64,000 nt of DNA from Oopsacas minuta (GCA_024704765.1 JAKMXF010000111.1:1561627-1625626), one strand, 5' to 3'. Positions 1 through 12,451 are shown, numbered from the stretch's first letter. Notes: generated by a model from the sequence alone, not told the origin. Numbers and translations: made by a program.

Positions 1-276
1 TTAGTTTGGTCGTTAATAGCAAAATTCTGTTTCAAAGCAAGTTGTTCTAATCCACTTTTCATTTCTGCTAGCTCTTTCAAGTTATCAATGTTTGTTTTGT
101 TGTTAATTTCGAAGGCTAATTTTAACTAATTCAGCTTAAGGAGAAGTTCATTTTTTTCGAGTTAAGGCTTGTGTAACTATTTTATTGAAATGTTCGTTAA
201 TGTCAGCTGCAATTTTCTCAAAGATATCTTCAGCTGGGATATTAGGTTGAATAGTTGCCGTTTGAGAAAACAGTAA
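1..276 (-). pseudogene. Degenerate N-terminal coiled-coil of the NHL-repeat (TRIM/BBC-like) family, running off the window edge
   Basis: Manual translation EDIFEKIAADINEHFNKIVTQALTRK/NELLLKLN*LKLAFEINNKTNIDNLKELAEMKSGLEQL resembles the N-termini of the NHL genes at 6081 and 18323. It has one frameshift in an A-run (~150-158) and an in-frame TAG. Confidence 0.45.
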
Positions 277-645
277 CTATCTCAATGAATTATATACAAT
301 TACTGTAGCTATAAATAACTTATAATATTAAATTACAACTACGATAAGTATATTAAATCTTACCTTACTTATAAACCAAATAAGAAAGAGCACGCATGGG
401 ACTTACTTATCCAAAATCGGTCCTGGAAGGATCGATTTTGAAATCAGTCACTCCCACGGTGCTGAATGTTATTTATACAAATAGGCCAAGGAATACCAAG
501 AGGGCTTGCTGCAATTCTGTGAGAATATGACCCAAAATATCCATGTTTCTGTAGAACATCAACATAAGTAACTTTAATAATATAAACAAAACAGAGAATT
601 AAGTAAATTTACAATCAAATCAAATGAAACTATTTATACATAATT

Positions 646-3124
646 CTAAGTGTTAATCAGCCAATCAGGAAGCGTTCTGTTAAGCCTAATAAGTAATTCC
701 TTTAATAGTTTATTATGCGCGGAATATACATTCCTAAGATACACAATTTCCTCTGAAGATATTTCTTGATAATTTCTGCCTTTACTAGGGCCCAGACATC
801 TACTAACCCCACTCATATCTACCGGACAGAAATACCCTTTCTTCTCATCAAATCGTACCGAGCTGTTTATATCTCTCCTAACAGTAATATTGACAAACTT
901 TAAAACTTGTTCAATCGCAGAGATTGGATTTTTGGTTATCTGACCCCCATCTATAAATATGATATGATAATTTGGGAAATATATAAGCCAATAAAGAATG
1001 TGTTTATAGCATAAACCAGCTCAATACCAGGAAATTTCAATTTATCAACAGATTATCTTGTGAGTTTATTCATGAAATTATTCTGTAGTATATCAATAAA
1101 ACTATAATTTTGAGCGAGAATATTTCTATGTACCCTTTGGTGTTGGAACCATGAATACACTCGCTCTACTGGATCTCTGAGTATGATAACTATGTGTGAA
1201 TTTGGGAGAAGAGTATGTATACGTTGCGGACACATTTTGTGGTCAAAGTAAGTAGCAGATTTTTCAATAAGAATGGTGTTTGTGGGTAATGGGAATCTAG
1301 ACTGATACCAATCTATGCCAAAGAGACATCCAGACGAATTTGAGAAAAATTGAATTTCTTCAAAAGAATCAGGATCTTTATAACTCGTTGAGAATTCAGG
1401 GAGATTAACTAGAAATGAGAGGAGGGCAGTTGACCCCGTTTTCTGCGGGCCTACTAATAAAATCCGCGGGGTTCTCTGACAGGCAATATCCCCTGAATAA
1501 ATATCTGCATGTCTAGAATTTAGCAGTGAGTTACATGGCAAATTCCATAACGGAATTATATCTCCAGGGAAAGTTTTAAAATATATATCAGCTAATTGTA
1601 ACTGTGATCTGTACACTAGTTTAATCTGTGGCCATCTTTGAACGAATGTTATGAGTTCCTCAAACATAATTTGAGCAAGATTATCCCCAGCAAAGTTAGA
1701 GAAGTGTGTCATAAATATATTTACAGGATTATACAACAAACTTTCAAACACACTACCACCACGTGGTGACCTATAAAACTCACTCTTTCCTCCTTTAACT
1801 CTTTGAAGTAATTAGTACTAGTATCGAAAGATAAACCCCTCCTCAAATGATGAGGCCATAATGTAGGATATTGTTCTGTAGAGGTCACTGTTACATAACC
1901 CAACTTCTGCCAGGATTTGTATAGTGGAAGATATATAGGATATACACCTGAATGGTGAGGTGTTACTGAGTAGCCTGTTGTTGTTATTGACAAGTTATGG
2001 AGAGAGGAGAACTCCAAGTCTTTGGTCATACTATCAATCAAGGAATCTTCTGTTAATTTATGAGGCTGTGAATGTGATCAAATGTGTCCAAACCATGTGA
2101 ATTTAGGCGCTAATTCGATTAACATCTGATCAGCCTTCTTCGTGAATTCATTTCCGGTTTGATAAAATGAACCACAATAACCCAAATTGTATCTGAAACC
2201 AGGGATTCGCTTTTGAATAAAATTTTGAGATTCTACCAACCTATTCACATCTTTTTCAAGCATTCTCAATTCTGTTTTAGCAAGAAATACGTCATCAATA
2301 TCAGCCATAATATATCTATCTAGTGAATAGCTAACATTCTTGTACTGTAACCATAGTAACGTAAAGTGTCTAAAAATATCAAATTAGACAGCCAATATAA
2401 AAGCTGGACTTCAAAATATACTTTTCTGATAGAATCAATTTCTCCAACATCATAAATGATAACCCAGCAACCATTATAGTCATAGGAATCTGTGTATAGC
2501 AACGGTTGGTATGTAGGATGTAGAGATTTAAAACAGGCGAAATTTCCAGAAAAACCAGACTCAAGATATGTGATTTTTGGGCGCGTTATGTGATAAATTG
2601 GACTGGAGATTGTTGAGAAATTTAAATGTGTATTTTGGTAAATATTAGAGACGAGAAATGTTTGATGTGTTTCACTGTCAGAAGATAAAATTATGAAAGA
2701 ATAATTAACAGCCAGACAGTATTGAGAAATATCTTTGTAATTATTTTCGGGGGATAATTGTATAAATCGAATCAGAGAATATTATAATAGAATAATGGTT
2801 CTTAGCGGAAGAATTAAGCGCGGGTAACTCACACTTCTGATTAAATATGCAAATATTAAACTCTATACGAAGGTGTTGAAGATATTTAATCACAAATTTA
2901 TTATCATTTTGCATAATTATTAGTGCTTTGTGACCAAGAGACGTTGTTCTGATACTATTCATAGATAGATGTGTTTGTGTAGGGATAATCTAATTTGTAT
3001 CAGTTCTATGAGAAGGAAGGATATTACTGTAGAAAAGGAATACTATTAGTAAAGTTGATAGAATTATTGTTAGGGAGAATTTACTCCATCTTATCACCAT
3101 TTGTAAGCTTCCCATAGAAGTCAT
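646..3124 (-). pseudogene. NDST: Intronless heparan sulfate N-deacetylase/N-sulfotransferase, multiply disrupted
   Basis: Collinear NDST motifs from the signal-anchor (MVIRWSKFSLTIILSTLLIVFLF) through ADIDDVF, GYSVTPHHSGVYP, TSTEQYP, NPVNIFMTHFSN, GPQKTGSTAL, EEIQFF and EKSATYF to GYFCP..RCLGPSKGRNY..LPDWLINT* (stop 646-648). In-frame stops at 2990, 2078 and 1053; frameshifts near 2750, 2327, 1793 and 1019; a ~13-codon deletion near 1838. Confidence 0.92.
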
Positions 3125-3989
3125 GAATAATTCTTCCCTGCTAATTAACAAAATATACAAATATTCATATTGTACAATCAACTCCACATATATCAAAGGA
3201 ATTCTAGCAGTCTTTAGATATAACGGGAAGTAACTGTGTACTATCATGGAGAGGAGCTTGATGCCACAGGCGTTTAATGTGTACCAGTATTAATGGAGGT
3301 TTATACTGGTACTAGACGACAGGTAATGGATCTATGGGGCAAAGAAATGGAAAGTTCATACTCAAAATAGGTGAAACAATTGTATAAAGCATTACTAACA
3401 ATCTATAATGTTCTGGTAAATACGTTCTGAGTAAATAGTAAACAAAAATTGAAATAAGCTATAATGCTGGTAACAATTCCATTTTAATTATAAGAGTTAT
3501 GCTGTCTTCTTTACAATATTTAGCTTCTAATATTTCAGTGTTTGAAATGAATACAGTTCCTAAACCGCTATCCATAGCATCTATATACTAAGGCAATGGC
3601 ACTCCATTGAAATTTTGGACCATGGATTGTCATTACCATCGACTTTCAAAGTATAATGTATTATCTATAGTTGTGATTCTACTGCTTCTAGTTAATTATT
3701 AATCATCAGATTAAATGATTTACCACACCCGGCCTGATTAATTTAATATTAGAAGATTCAAAATCAACATAATAGATTTTAATAAGTCAAACCATATATT
3801 TAACAGTACAATACGTATATGTAGTATACAATAAATAACATAATACATTCTCTTAGTAGTAGTAACAGTAATATATTATACTATCATAAACGTCCAGCTG
3901 AACATAACAAATCGAATAACAATACAATAGCTTCAGTCTTCTACACAAAATTCTAACAGTAAAATGATCTAAAAATGAACAAAGAAAAA

Positions 3990-5575
3990 TTATTTGTATT
4001 TTTTAAGCTTAGTATTATCCCTATTTAAAACCATAAAATTGTAATTGCGGACTCTCTTCGACAAGATGATATTTGACTATGTAACACACAATTTCTTCAA
4101 TACGTCCCGATTCCAAACGCCACAGGAGCAACAATCATTCCAAACATCAGTATATTTCTCTGAAATGATTGTCATAGAAATGAGTACCAACAAACTACGG
4201 GACTGTGCAGAATAGAATTTCTTGCTGAGGGAATCACAGTTATCTATCATCAGAAAGGCTTTATACAAGATAGTAACAGACTTTACTACACAAGAAGAAG
4301 GATATTTAAGAGAACCTCGATCTACTAAATTAATCAAAGTATATTGAGAACCAACGTCATTATTAACTTCTAGGAGTCTATCTGTTGTTAAAAGATCGTA
4401 ACAAGATTGACAAGTATTTGACTTTTTATGTAAGAGAAGACTGCATATCCTGCTATATAGATGAGGCATTCAATCTGAGAAACTTCTAATTCAATGAGCG
4501 AGATATCATTCAATATAGTCATATAAGGTTCTATATCGAGTTGCTTTTCATCACTTATAAACTCACAATCGTCTGCGAATTGCCTAAGGTATTCTTTTAG
4601 TGAAACGTTATCTGCCAAACCATATTTTATATCAAAAACTTTTAAAAGGTTGGAAAGTTGGAGTCTTCGTTCGCTTTCTAAAACTTGGTTAAAAGATATT
4701 TGATAGTGAGACCCTGACATTTGTCTGTATAATCCAAAATGGTGTTCTAAAGCATCATTTTGTATTCTCGCAGTAAGAAGATATTGGTACCCACAATTTT
4801 CAGTTAGTTGTTTGACTAGTAGTGGTAATGCCTCACATGTATGTCTAAAGCTGGTAAAGGTTTGTGGCGTTAATTTTCCGGACAAAAAAGGTAGATTAAC
4901 CCAACTATCCAACCAGGAGACCACGTTGTTCAAAAAGAGCAACCGAAAATCGTCTGGGTATATTGGGGCTGAAAATTCATCATTAAAACGTATATTTTTC
5001 CCAACCCAGTTCACATTGAATATTTTCCATATCCGGTTAATAAGATCAAGAAAATCTACTGTTTGATTGATGTGTTTGGTGTCATTTTCGATTTTCCACG
5101 CTAATAGCCCAGCAGATGTTGTCTCATGAAAAATTTTCAATGCAAAACTGACATTTTGCCGTTCTAAGCTTGAGGGCCAACAAGCTTTCGCTGTTAATTT
5201 TGGTGCTCGTTTCAATAAATTACATCTATCCGATCTAAACAAATCTCGTATATCTTGAAATCGAGCGTAACAAATATCTGGATATACAGATTTAGAGATC
5301 AAATTGGCAGTAGAAATGCTGGCCCTAGGGATGGAGAGGTAAAAGTTTTTGTTAGTGTCAATGATGTTTTGAATACTTACTAGACATTCGTCGAACTTCG
5401 GAAAAATGAAAGTGTTGTCAATATTTTTGAGATTCAACCAATTATTTCGGATGCACTTAATGATATGAACACTATCAAAAAGCAAAATTAAATTTCTATG
5501 TGGGTTGCAGGGGTGTTGTACTTTTGGCTCCAGTTTCGAACTAGTTGAAAACAATTTGTATAAACGAACGTTCAG
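3990..5575 (-). mobile_element. 5'-truncated, disrupted P-element/THAP9-type transposase
   Basis: Motifs HPLNVRLYKLF, FDSVHIIKCIRNNW, ERQNV..ALKIF, QNDALEHHFGLYRQ, YIAGY and DRGSLKYPS. One-base frameshift in the A-run at ~4423-4427 joins the 388-aa and 130-aa ORFs. Premature TAG at 4077; likely natural stop at 3990. THAP domain and first catalytic Asp are absent. Confidence 0.88.
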
Positions 5576-5581
5576 TGGATN

Positions 5582-5941
5582 ATGATTCCAGTTCCCGATC
5601 GCTCAGGTGCAACCCTACTTCCCATCATTCAGCGATATGTATTACCTGGAACTACCATCCATTCAGACGAATGGGCTGCTTATAATGTTGTCCCAGCTGT
5701 AGGCTACGATCATCACACTGTGAACCACTCTGAGAATTTTGTGGTTCCAATTGACGGTACCCATACACAAGGGATAGAAAACGCTTGGGGTGTGGTCAAG
5801 AAAAGGCAAAGAAGAGGCCAAACAACAAATCCTGAATTGCTAGAATCCCACCTTATCGAGTCTTGTTGGAGAAGAAAGAATAAAGGAAACATCCTAAACA
5901 GCATCGTCAAGTCCATTAGAGAATTATATCCTGTTGTGTAA
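5582..5941 (+). mobile_element. C-terminal half of an ISXO2/IS1595-like (Merlin superfamily) DDE transposase
   Basis: PVPDRSGATLLPII, TIHSDEWAAY, HHTVNHSENFV, GTHTQGIENAW..K. The N-terminal zinc ribbon/HTH and first catalytic Asp are missing. Confidence 0.85.
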
Positions 5942-6080
5942 TATAGTATACCAACTATCCTACCAAACAAAGTTGCCGTTTATTTGAATAATTATACGTA
6001 TACTAGATCGAACAGGGATTTATTTACCCAATTAGAAGTATAAATCTGTAGATGTGTGATCAATTGTTTGTAATACTGTC

Positions 6081-7260
6081 CAGGTAAGATATCCTTTTTC
6101 ATCACAGATTGAGAGAGTGCGAGTAGAGCTAGGAGAGAAAGTGGCCAGATCTCACAAGTTACTGGATGAGAGAAAAGCAGTACTCATGTCGAGCTACAGA
6201 AATTAGAGGATAGCTACACAGAGGATTTAATTACAAGGCAAATTGATCAATTAAGATTTACGAGAGAGCAAATTGTATTTACCCTTACAGAAAATGAAAT
6301 CAAGAAACCCTCAAATTGAGTGCAGCTCCACTGGATGCCCGTATGAGAGAGCTAGAAAACAAGCTAGATACAACTAGAAACGGGATGAAGGAAGTAGAGT
6401 TAGTGTGGGATGGAAAATTGGAAGGATTATTGAACTCAACTGGCTGTATTCGAGTAAGGGGGCTACCTGACTATAGGGTGAAATTTAATCCTACCCTATT
6501 AGTTGGTAAGCACAAGGAAAAGTTCTCGACAACATCTGGTGAGTTCCAGTATCCTCGAGCAATTGCTATTCACTCAGAAACGAATAATATCTATATATGT
6601 GACTGCGGAAATAATAGAGTACAAGTTTTTAACGAATCCTTAGAATTCCTATTTAAGATAAGTAGTCAGATGAAATCACCAGCTGGTATCTGTATCAATC
6701 TCGACAGAGTATACGTCACACAATCAATTATTCATTGTCTAGCTGTGTACTCTATTAGAGGCATATTCATAGCATCTGCTGGGAGAGAAGGCCGAAAAGA
6801 ACTTGAATTTGCTTATCCAAAAGGAGTTGCTGTTTCAACACAGAATAATATATTGTATATTTGTGACTGGCTTAATAATCGCATTCAATGTTTGAATACA
6901 GATCTTAGTTTCAATTCATTTATCTGTGACGTTCCCTTACCCAAAGATATAAAAGTTACTTCAAGAGATATTCTAGTGCTGACAGGAGGAGATCCTTGTA
7001 TACGAATTTATGATCATTCTCATGTATTATCACGTGAGATAATTCCTTGTGGAGGTCAATTATCAGAATCAGGTTACTTCTGTCTAGACACTGAATCAAA
7101 TATTATTATTTCAGCTCAATGTGTTTTAATATATTCTTACAGGGGCGAGCTGATACACAAGTTCGGTAAATTCAACAACTTGAGAGGGATTGGTTTAGAT
7201 TCTAACTGTAGAATTGTTGCTGTTTCTGAGGACACAAATTCATGTGTTCATTTATTTTAA
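6081..7260 (+). pseudogene. Coiled-coil + NHL-repeat beta-propeller protein with two frameshifts in the N-terminal coiled coil
   Basis: The 314-aa ORF has NHL repeats (FQYPRAIAI..NIYICDCGNNRVQVF; FAYPKGVAV..LYICDWLNNRIQ). Upstream IERVRVELGEKVARSHKLLDERKAVLM / ELQKLEDSY..LTENE / QETLKL needs single-base deletions at ~6190 and ~6300. Confidence 0.75.
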
Positions 7261-7784
7261 ATTGGATTGTTAATATTAGTATAGTATTTTTGTTTAGTTT
7301 TGAAAATATTTGACGAATCTAATATTTTAATGAGCCATCAAGTCCGAAGGCTCTCGATATCTCTCGGGGCTTTAGTCTGTAGACAAAAAGTGAAGGAGCA
7401 TTTATTAATTGGCGATACGATAGGGAATTCATAATGAAATTTGTGTTTCAAAACGTAATACTATAGGTTATGATTATTCTTCCATTGTCCTTGGCGCTTC
7501 CAACCATAGCATTCCACCCTTTTAGACTATAAAACCAACCATACACGATGCAACAAATTTGCATGATGCTTGGATCATTGTTACTTCCACTTGTTTGGGA
7601 ATTTTCAGGGCTAATTTGTTCATACAACTTTGTGGTGATCGTGTGTGTTGCTTCGTTACATAAATTAGTTGCATTGTTGATGATGGGCTACAGAGCAGCC
7701 TTGATTTTTATCGCAGATATTCTAACTAATAATACTATACTATTCATTCCTCTTATTTGTATCTATTCAAGTAATTACCTATAG

Positions 7785-10001
7785 ATGACATCTGACAGAA
7801 TTCCGCCTGAGAATCTTAACGACACACAACATGGTGAGACAACAAATAGATTGCATCAACTGGAAAAAGATTTTCGTTTCAACATTCTTCTTTTATCTGA
7901 AAGAGACTCTGTAATAGAAAATTATCAAGCTACAATTCAGAAACTTTGTTACCTAATAATTGAAAATGGTCTTGCAACTCGTGACCAGATGGAATTCATT
8001 TTACAAAATATGATGGTAAAACAACAAGACATCATTCCAGTAAATAAATCCACGCAATGCTCGCTGATCAAACAATGTGATGACATGTGTGAGGACAATG
8101 TCACTACTTTTCGAACTTCTTTACCCCCAAATTCTATTAACGAGGATATATCTTCCAAATTGCAGCAATTTCTGCAGATCTCTCAATCATATCTGATGGC
8201 TACTTTAGAGCGAGATAATTCCCATCAGAATAAGGAGCAAGAATATAATATTATGGCTATGGAATTGCAAAGTACTAATTCAAAAATATCTCAACTCAAA
8301 GATATTAACACAAATTTATCAAATCATGTATCAAGCTGCAAATCAGAATACCAAGGACTAAGTCTGGATAATAAACAACTTGTAGAACAAGTTTCAGCAC
8401 TTCAAGACGAATTCTCTGTCCAGAGATCTCTCTTTCATAGTTTTTATAGGAGTAAAGAAAGGGCTTTTTTGGATGCCAAGGAAAAGTTCGTTGATATTGA
8501 ATCAAAACTCATTAATGAAATTGAAACTTTACAATTAGAAATAACTAATTTGAAAAGTCAATCTACGCAATGTGTGTATAGTTACGACGAAGAACATAGA
8601 AATCTTTTATACAAAAACTGTAAATTGACTAAGTTACTATTCGTACTCAAGGAGTTTATCTTAAACGAAAGAAACGTTTTCTTACATCAAATAGCATCTA
8701 AAGATAATCAAACAGAGAAATTGAGTGCTGATATTCAAATGCTCAAAGCCACCCAGGCAATAAAATCTGACGAAATAATTACTTTACAGAAAGAATTAAC
8801 TGAATACCAAAAGAAACACAAAATCTTAGTTCAAGAAAATAGACAGGTTGAGTTAGATCTGCTACACAGTTACGAAGAACGTGAACAGGTGTTAACAGCT
8901 GCACATCAAGCTAGATTAGAGAATATTTGTATTGAACACCAACAATTGGTTGCGAACTTAAAAGAATCGAATGACGAAATTATTCAACTTGAGGAATCGT
9001 TAATGTCTTTGAAAATTGAAAAAGACAAATGTTTAGAATTAATTATCCCTGACATTAATTCAGTTGATATCACTACAGACTATCTACCCAATAAAATTAG
9101 CGAATTGTTGGGCCATAATGTGAATCTAAGAGAAGTGATAGAAGAAATGAAATCTACCATTGAATCTTTGAACTCTTCCAAAAAAGCAACTCATAATACT
9201 ACAGAAACTTCAAATACACTTAGCCTAGAATACGGCGAATTACCTTTGAGGAAACTAAACTTCATCCCTGATTTGATGAATATAACTGATAGAAATGTAG
9301 AGATTAACAAATTTGAAACACTTCAATCACAATTAGATCAGAAAACAAACGAATTAAAGCAGCTGGACGGGACTATTGAGGATCTAAAATCTGTATTATC
9401 ACAAAAGGATTCTCTTATCAATTCCTTCAATCAACACTTTTCACTTTTGAAATCATTTTCTCAACCTACCTCTCTCTCAAAACTCTCAATCATATCCAAA
9501 GACACTACACAAGAAGAATTCAATCCCAAAATGAAAATATTTGCTCAGAGATATATATCATTAATGAGAGAGAAGTATAGACTGGTTGAGACGAACCATA
9601 AGCTGAAACTTGTAAATGCTGATTTGAAGGAGAAATATATGGAATTAGCTTCTAAATCAACTAATCCTGAATCACAACAACAAACGGTCGATCCTACTGA
9701 GCTACAAGAAGTATATACATTTACCCAAAACAATATACCAAATAAATTGTCTGAAGAAATCCAATTTGAGAATACAAATGAGATTCTATCTAGCCCTGTA
9801 GTTCCTATTAATCTTAGTTCCAGTCCTAATCCCCAAAACTCTACACTTCTATCATTCAATATAAGCAATCAGTGTCCTGATTGGTTTAATGATACCAACT
9901 TCCAGCAGGCTTTATTTTATGCTGATAATCCAGAACTAATAGATCATGATTATTCTATATCTAATTCTAAAGTAATTACTGGCAGTAACCCTATCTCTTA
10001 A
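7785..10001 (+). CDS. CCDC57: Coiled-coil domain-containing protein 57-like (centriolar), intronless, 738 aa
   Basis: Long coiled coil. N-terminal LHQLEKDFRFNILLLSERDSVIENY and C-terminal KMKIFAQRYISLMREKYRLVETNHKLK match, from memory, the two conserved CCDC57 blocks (LQEDFVYNLQVLEERDLELERY; ..LIEMGNRLRA). Confidence 0.65.
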   Translation: MTSDRIPPENLNDTQHGETTNRLHQLEKDFRFNILLLSERDSVIENYQATIQKLCYLIIENGLATRDQMEFILQNMMVKQQDIIPVNKSTQCSLIKQCDDMCEDNVTTFRTSLPPNSINEDISSKLQQFLQISQSYLMATLERDNSHQNKEQEYNIMAMELQSTNSKISQLKDINTNLSNHVSSCKSEYQGLSLDNKQLVEQVSALQDEFSVQRSLFHSFYRSKERAFLDAKEKFVDIESKLINEIETLQLEITNLKSQSTQCVYSYDEEHRNLLYKNCKLTKLLFVLKEFILNERNVFLHQIASKDNQTEKLSADIQMLKATQAIKSDEIITLQKELTEYQKKHKILVQENRQVELDLLHSYEEREQVLTAAHQARLENICIEHQQLVANLKESNDEIIQLEESLMSLKIEKDKCLELIIPDINSVDITTDYLPNKISELLGHNVNLREVIEEMKSTIESLNSSKKATHNTTETSNTLSLEYGELPLRKLNFIPDLMNITDRNVEINKFETLQSQLDQKTNELKQLDGTIEDLKSVLSQKDSLINSFNQHFSLLKSFSQPTSLSKLSIISKDTTQEEFNPKMKIFAQRYISLMREKYRLVETNHKLKLVNADLKEKYMELASKSTNPESQQQTVDPTELQEVYTFTQNNIPNKLSEEIQFENTNEILSSPVVPINLSSSPNPQNSTLLSFNISNQCPDWFNDTNFQQALFYADNPELIDHDYSISNSKVITGSNPIS

Positions 10002-10509
10002 ACTTAATGTTCCATTCACTAACTTTAAATATATTCCCTTTACAATTGCTAGAATCTTAGTATGTCAGATTCATTAATACTATCAACAGGCCCGGCGGAA
10101 CCAATTTTAAGATTTTCGGGCCAAATTTAACTATCCTTGTAACAGGCTACGGATATAAGTCTGTTTTATACATTTCAGCTGATATAGGAGGTTACACAAT
10201 GTCAAGTCATGTCCCGGAAATTATTCGAGACCCCACTATCAGGGTTGTAATGAAATTTTAATTTCCATCCCCATTCCATTCCTACAGGATTTCCCATGGC
10301 AATCCTGCTCTCTGGGCTACCCATTAAAGTATTTCACGGAACGGAATATTTTTATACCCTATTCTACGGAACTGAACGGTTTTCAAGTGTTGAAGTAAAG
10401 AATGGAAATTATGTCAGTATTTATCCAAATAATAACCCCAGCGATATATTGAGTAGGGACTTAGGTTCGAATAAATGTTGCTATGATTTAGAAACTACTG
10501 GTGAACACC

Positions 10510-10745
10510 AGTAATGGGTTCAATTCATGAATGGAATTGGGATTTGTGTTTCAAGCTCCATTCCCATTCAGAAGGGAATGGGAATTAAATCCTTGATTCC
10601 TGTGATTAAAGAGCTGAGAATGGGAATTAATTCTAATCCCAAGGAATGGAATGGGAATTAAGCCTTTGATTCGTGGAATTAATGGCTGAGAATGAGAATT
10701 AAGTCCGAAAATTTTTCTTCGGAATGGGAATTGAAGGAATTAATG
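10510..10745 (+). repeat. Short GAATGGGAATTAA-rich array, probably subterminal repeats of a hAT-like element
   Basis: About five copies of GAATGGGAATT, including two ~55-bp units near 10574-10630 and 10648-10702. Related CAGGG(T)T.. / ..GCAATCCTG ends occur at 10240-10307 and 32014-32319. Confidence 0.45.
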
Positions 10746-10789
10746 CTGATTTGAATCCGTCCATGGACTGGACACACAATAATTAAATA

Positions 10790-11022
10790 CCGTATTACCT
10801 CGAATAATAGCCACCTGAGTTCCTAAAAAGTAATAACTGCTTATTGTGAATCGTTATTTCCCCTTTATTTTGACCAATATACTGTTAGTAAGGATTAATA
10901 CACATATTGCAACCACATAGGTATGATTATTATTGAAATTATCGTGTTTACAAACATCGAAACTTCCCTCTCAAGGCGCTTGGAATTAATAATCATCCCG
11001 GCTATTAATTGAGGTAAAACTG
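10790..11022. mobile_element. Tc1/mariner-type MITE
   Basis: TA|CCGTATTACCTCGAATAATAGCC ... GGCTATTAATTGAGGTAAAACTG|TA: imperfect ~23-bp TIRs flanked by TA. Confidence 0.6.
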
Positions 11023-12451
11023 TACTTAATATTGTTGTTGAGCATGAAGAAACAGAGTTTTCAATGCTCCGAAATATTACAATTGCAAATTATCCAAATT
11101 TCAGCTAAAGATTCAAAAGCTTAGTTTGAGAGGTGAGAATAACCCAAAAGCTAGAGGGTTGGCATGCTTGCGAAGTGTCGTCCTGACAAAATTCACGATT
11201 AGAATGAGTAATATTGTTTGAGAAGTATTACTAGATATTATATAGAAATATAGTCGACATCGGTAACTCGAACCTCAATGGAATTCAAAATCGGTTCGAG
11301 ATAGCGAATGTCCGAGTTAACGTATGACCTGCATTTAAGGTCCCAATTTATCTTGCGACGCTTTTCAAATGAAATTGAAATTTTTACTGCTTATCTTTAC
11401 TGCTTATTTAGTTTTTTTGGATCTTTTCAAAAATAAAATAACAAATATTCATATCAAGTTATTCAAAAAATTATTTTGTTAATTAATATACTATAAAGTT
11501 AACAGCTGGTAAATCGATCGTGAAAATCTGTTCGAAAAATCGAATGCGAGTTGACGGGTGCAATAAGTAGTAAAAGTAGAACGAAGGGAAGTGAATGACA
11601 AATTTTTGACACTTTTGCAAAAATCTATCTATGGAACATTTCATTTGTTCACTTTGAAATGAAAGACGCCTTATTTGCCATACTATCTATATTGCATCAA
11701 AGAATGCATATTTTAACAAATAAATGCTTACTAGATTTTGGCACGTTCCTGAAATAATGGTTGATAATATATTGTTCTACAAATATGCAATACATTTATT
11801 CGGGCAAAGATGCACCGTTTCTGCAATATTGAATCTATACGTAAAATACCTTCATCTCCAACGTCCAAAATTCACAAAAGGTTGGCAGGCCTTATATTAG
11901 AGTAGGCTATGCTATGGCGTATTATAGCTATTGTAAGAAATTAGTAAGGAGTCCTATTTCACTAGATTTGTTTCCGATATGCTAGCGATATATGAACTTC
12001 AGGGCTTGTGTTTTAGGTCCCAAAACGCACACCGGGAGCAAGCAGAAACACTATTGACCTGCATCACGGGAGTCTATACGCCTGAATAAACAGGTGGCGG
12101 TGTCTTATCCATAAAACATATAGTTATACACTTTGGGTGATGAATTAGGGAAATTGCAATGTCACGTCCCGTATTTTAGGTACGCCCTTTGTGTAGTAAA
12201 CAAGAAATTTGAGATTTCTTAGGTAAAACTTCTCCGTATCAAAATGGTCCGTTCCTTTTCGTGAAATAGGGTACCCCCTCGCTAGATATATATTCCACTG
12301 TCATCTAAATCCAGTATGCAGCTTGTTGCTCGGAGAATCTTGTAATTTTTACTAATTACTATTTAGTTGTATAATTCCGTGCCCGTTATTTAATCGCTCT
12401 TGAGGCGTTAATTTAGCTCAATCTTCCAGAATTAATTAGAGCCCGTTAGCA

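Noticed and set aside
2078-2080. TGA at a conserved Trp of NDST, suggesting UGA=Trp recoding or readthrough
   Set aside because: The same gene also has in-frame TAG and TAA, four frameshifts and a deletion. Intact genes here use TGG for Trp and TGA as a stop (e.g. the VPS9 gene). A simple TGG>TGA mutation explains it.
3440-3660. Possible MATH/TRAF-like C-terminal remnant on the minus strand (DAMDSGLGTVFISNTEILEAKYCKEDSITLIIKMELL*)
   Set aside because: Only ~38 aa of weak resemblance, bounded by stops. It cannot be supported without a profile search.
4415-4435. Programmed ribosomal frameshift between the two P-transposase ORFs
   Set aside because: A single A lost from an A-run explains the overlap, and the element also has a premature stop and no 5' end.
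5582-5941. Bacterial IS1595 element, contamination or recent horizontal transfer
   Set aside because: It sits among spliced animal genes, and eukaryotic Merlin transposons carry the same ISXO2-type domain. No prokaryotic features nearby.
10240-10745. CRISPR-like array in the GGAATGGGAATT repeats (also the GGTTAATCGGAC repeats at 33916-34370)
   Set aside because: Repeats are short, irregularly spaced and lack unique equal-length spacers. They fit transposon subterminal repeats, and no cas genes are present.
11550-12350. Slightly GC-richer stretch upstream of INTS9 that might be a decayed gene
   Set aside because: The frames I translated have stops at about random frequency and no recognisable motif.
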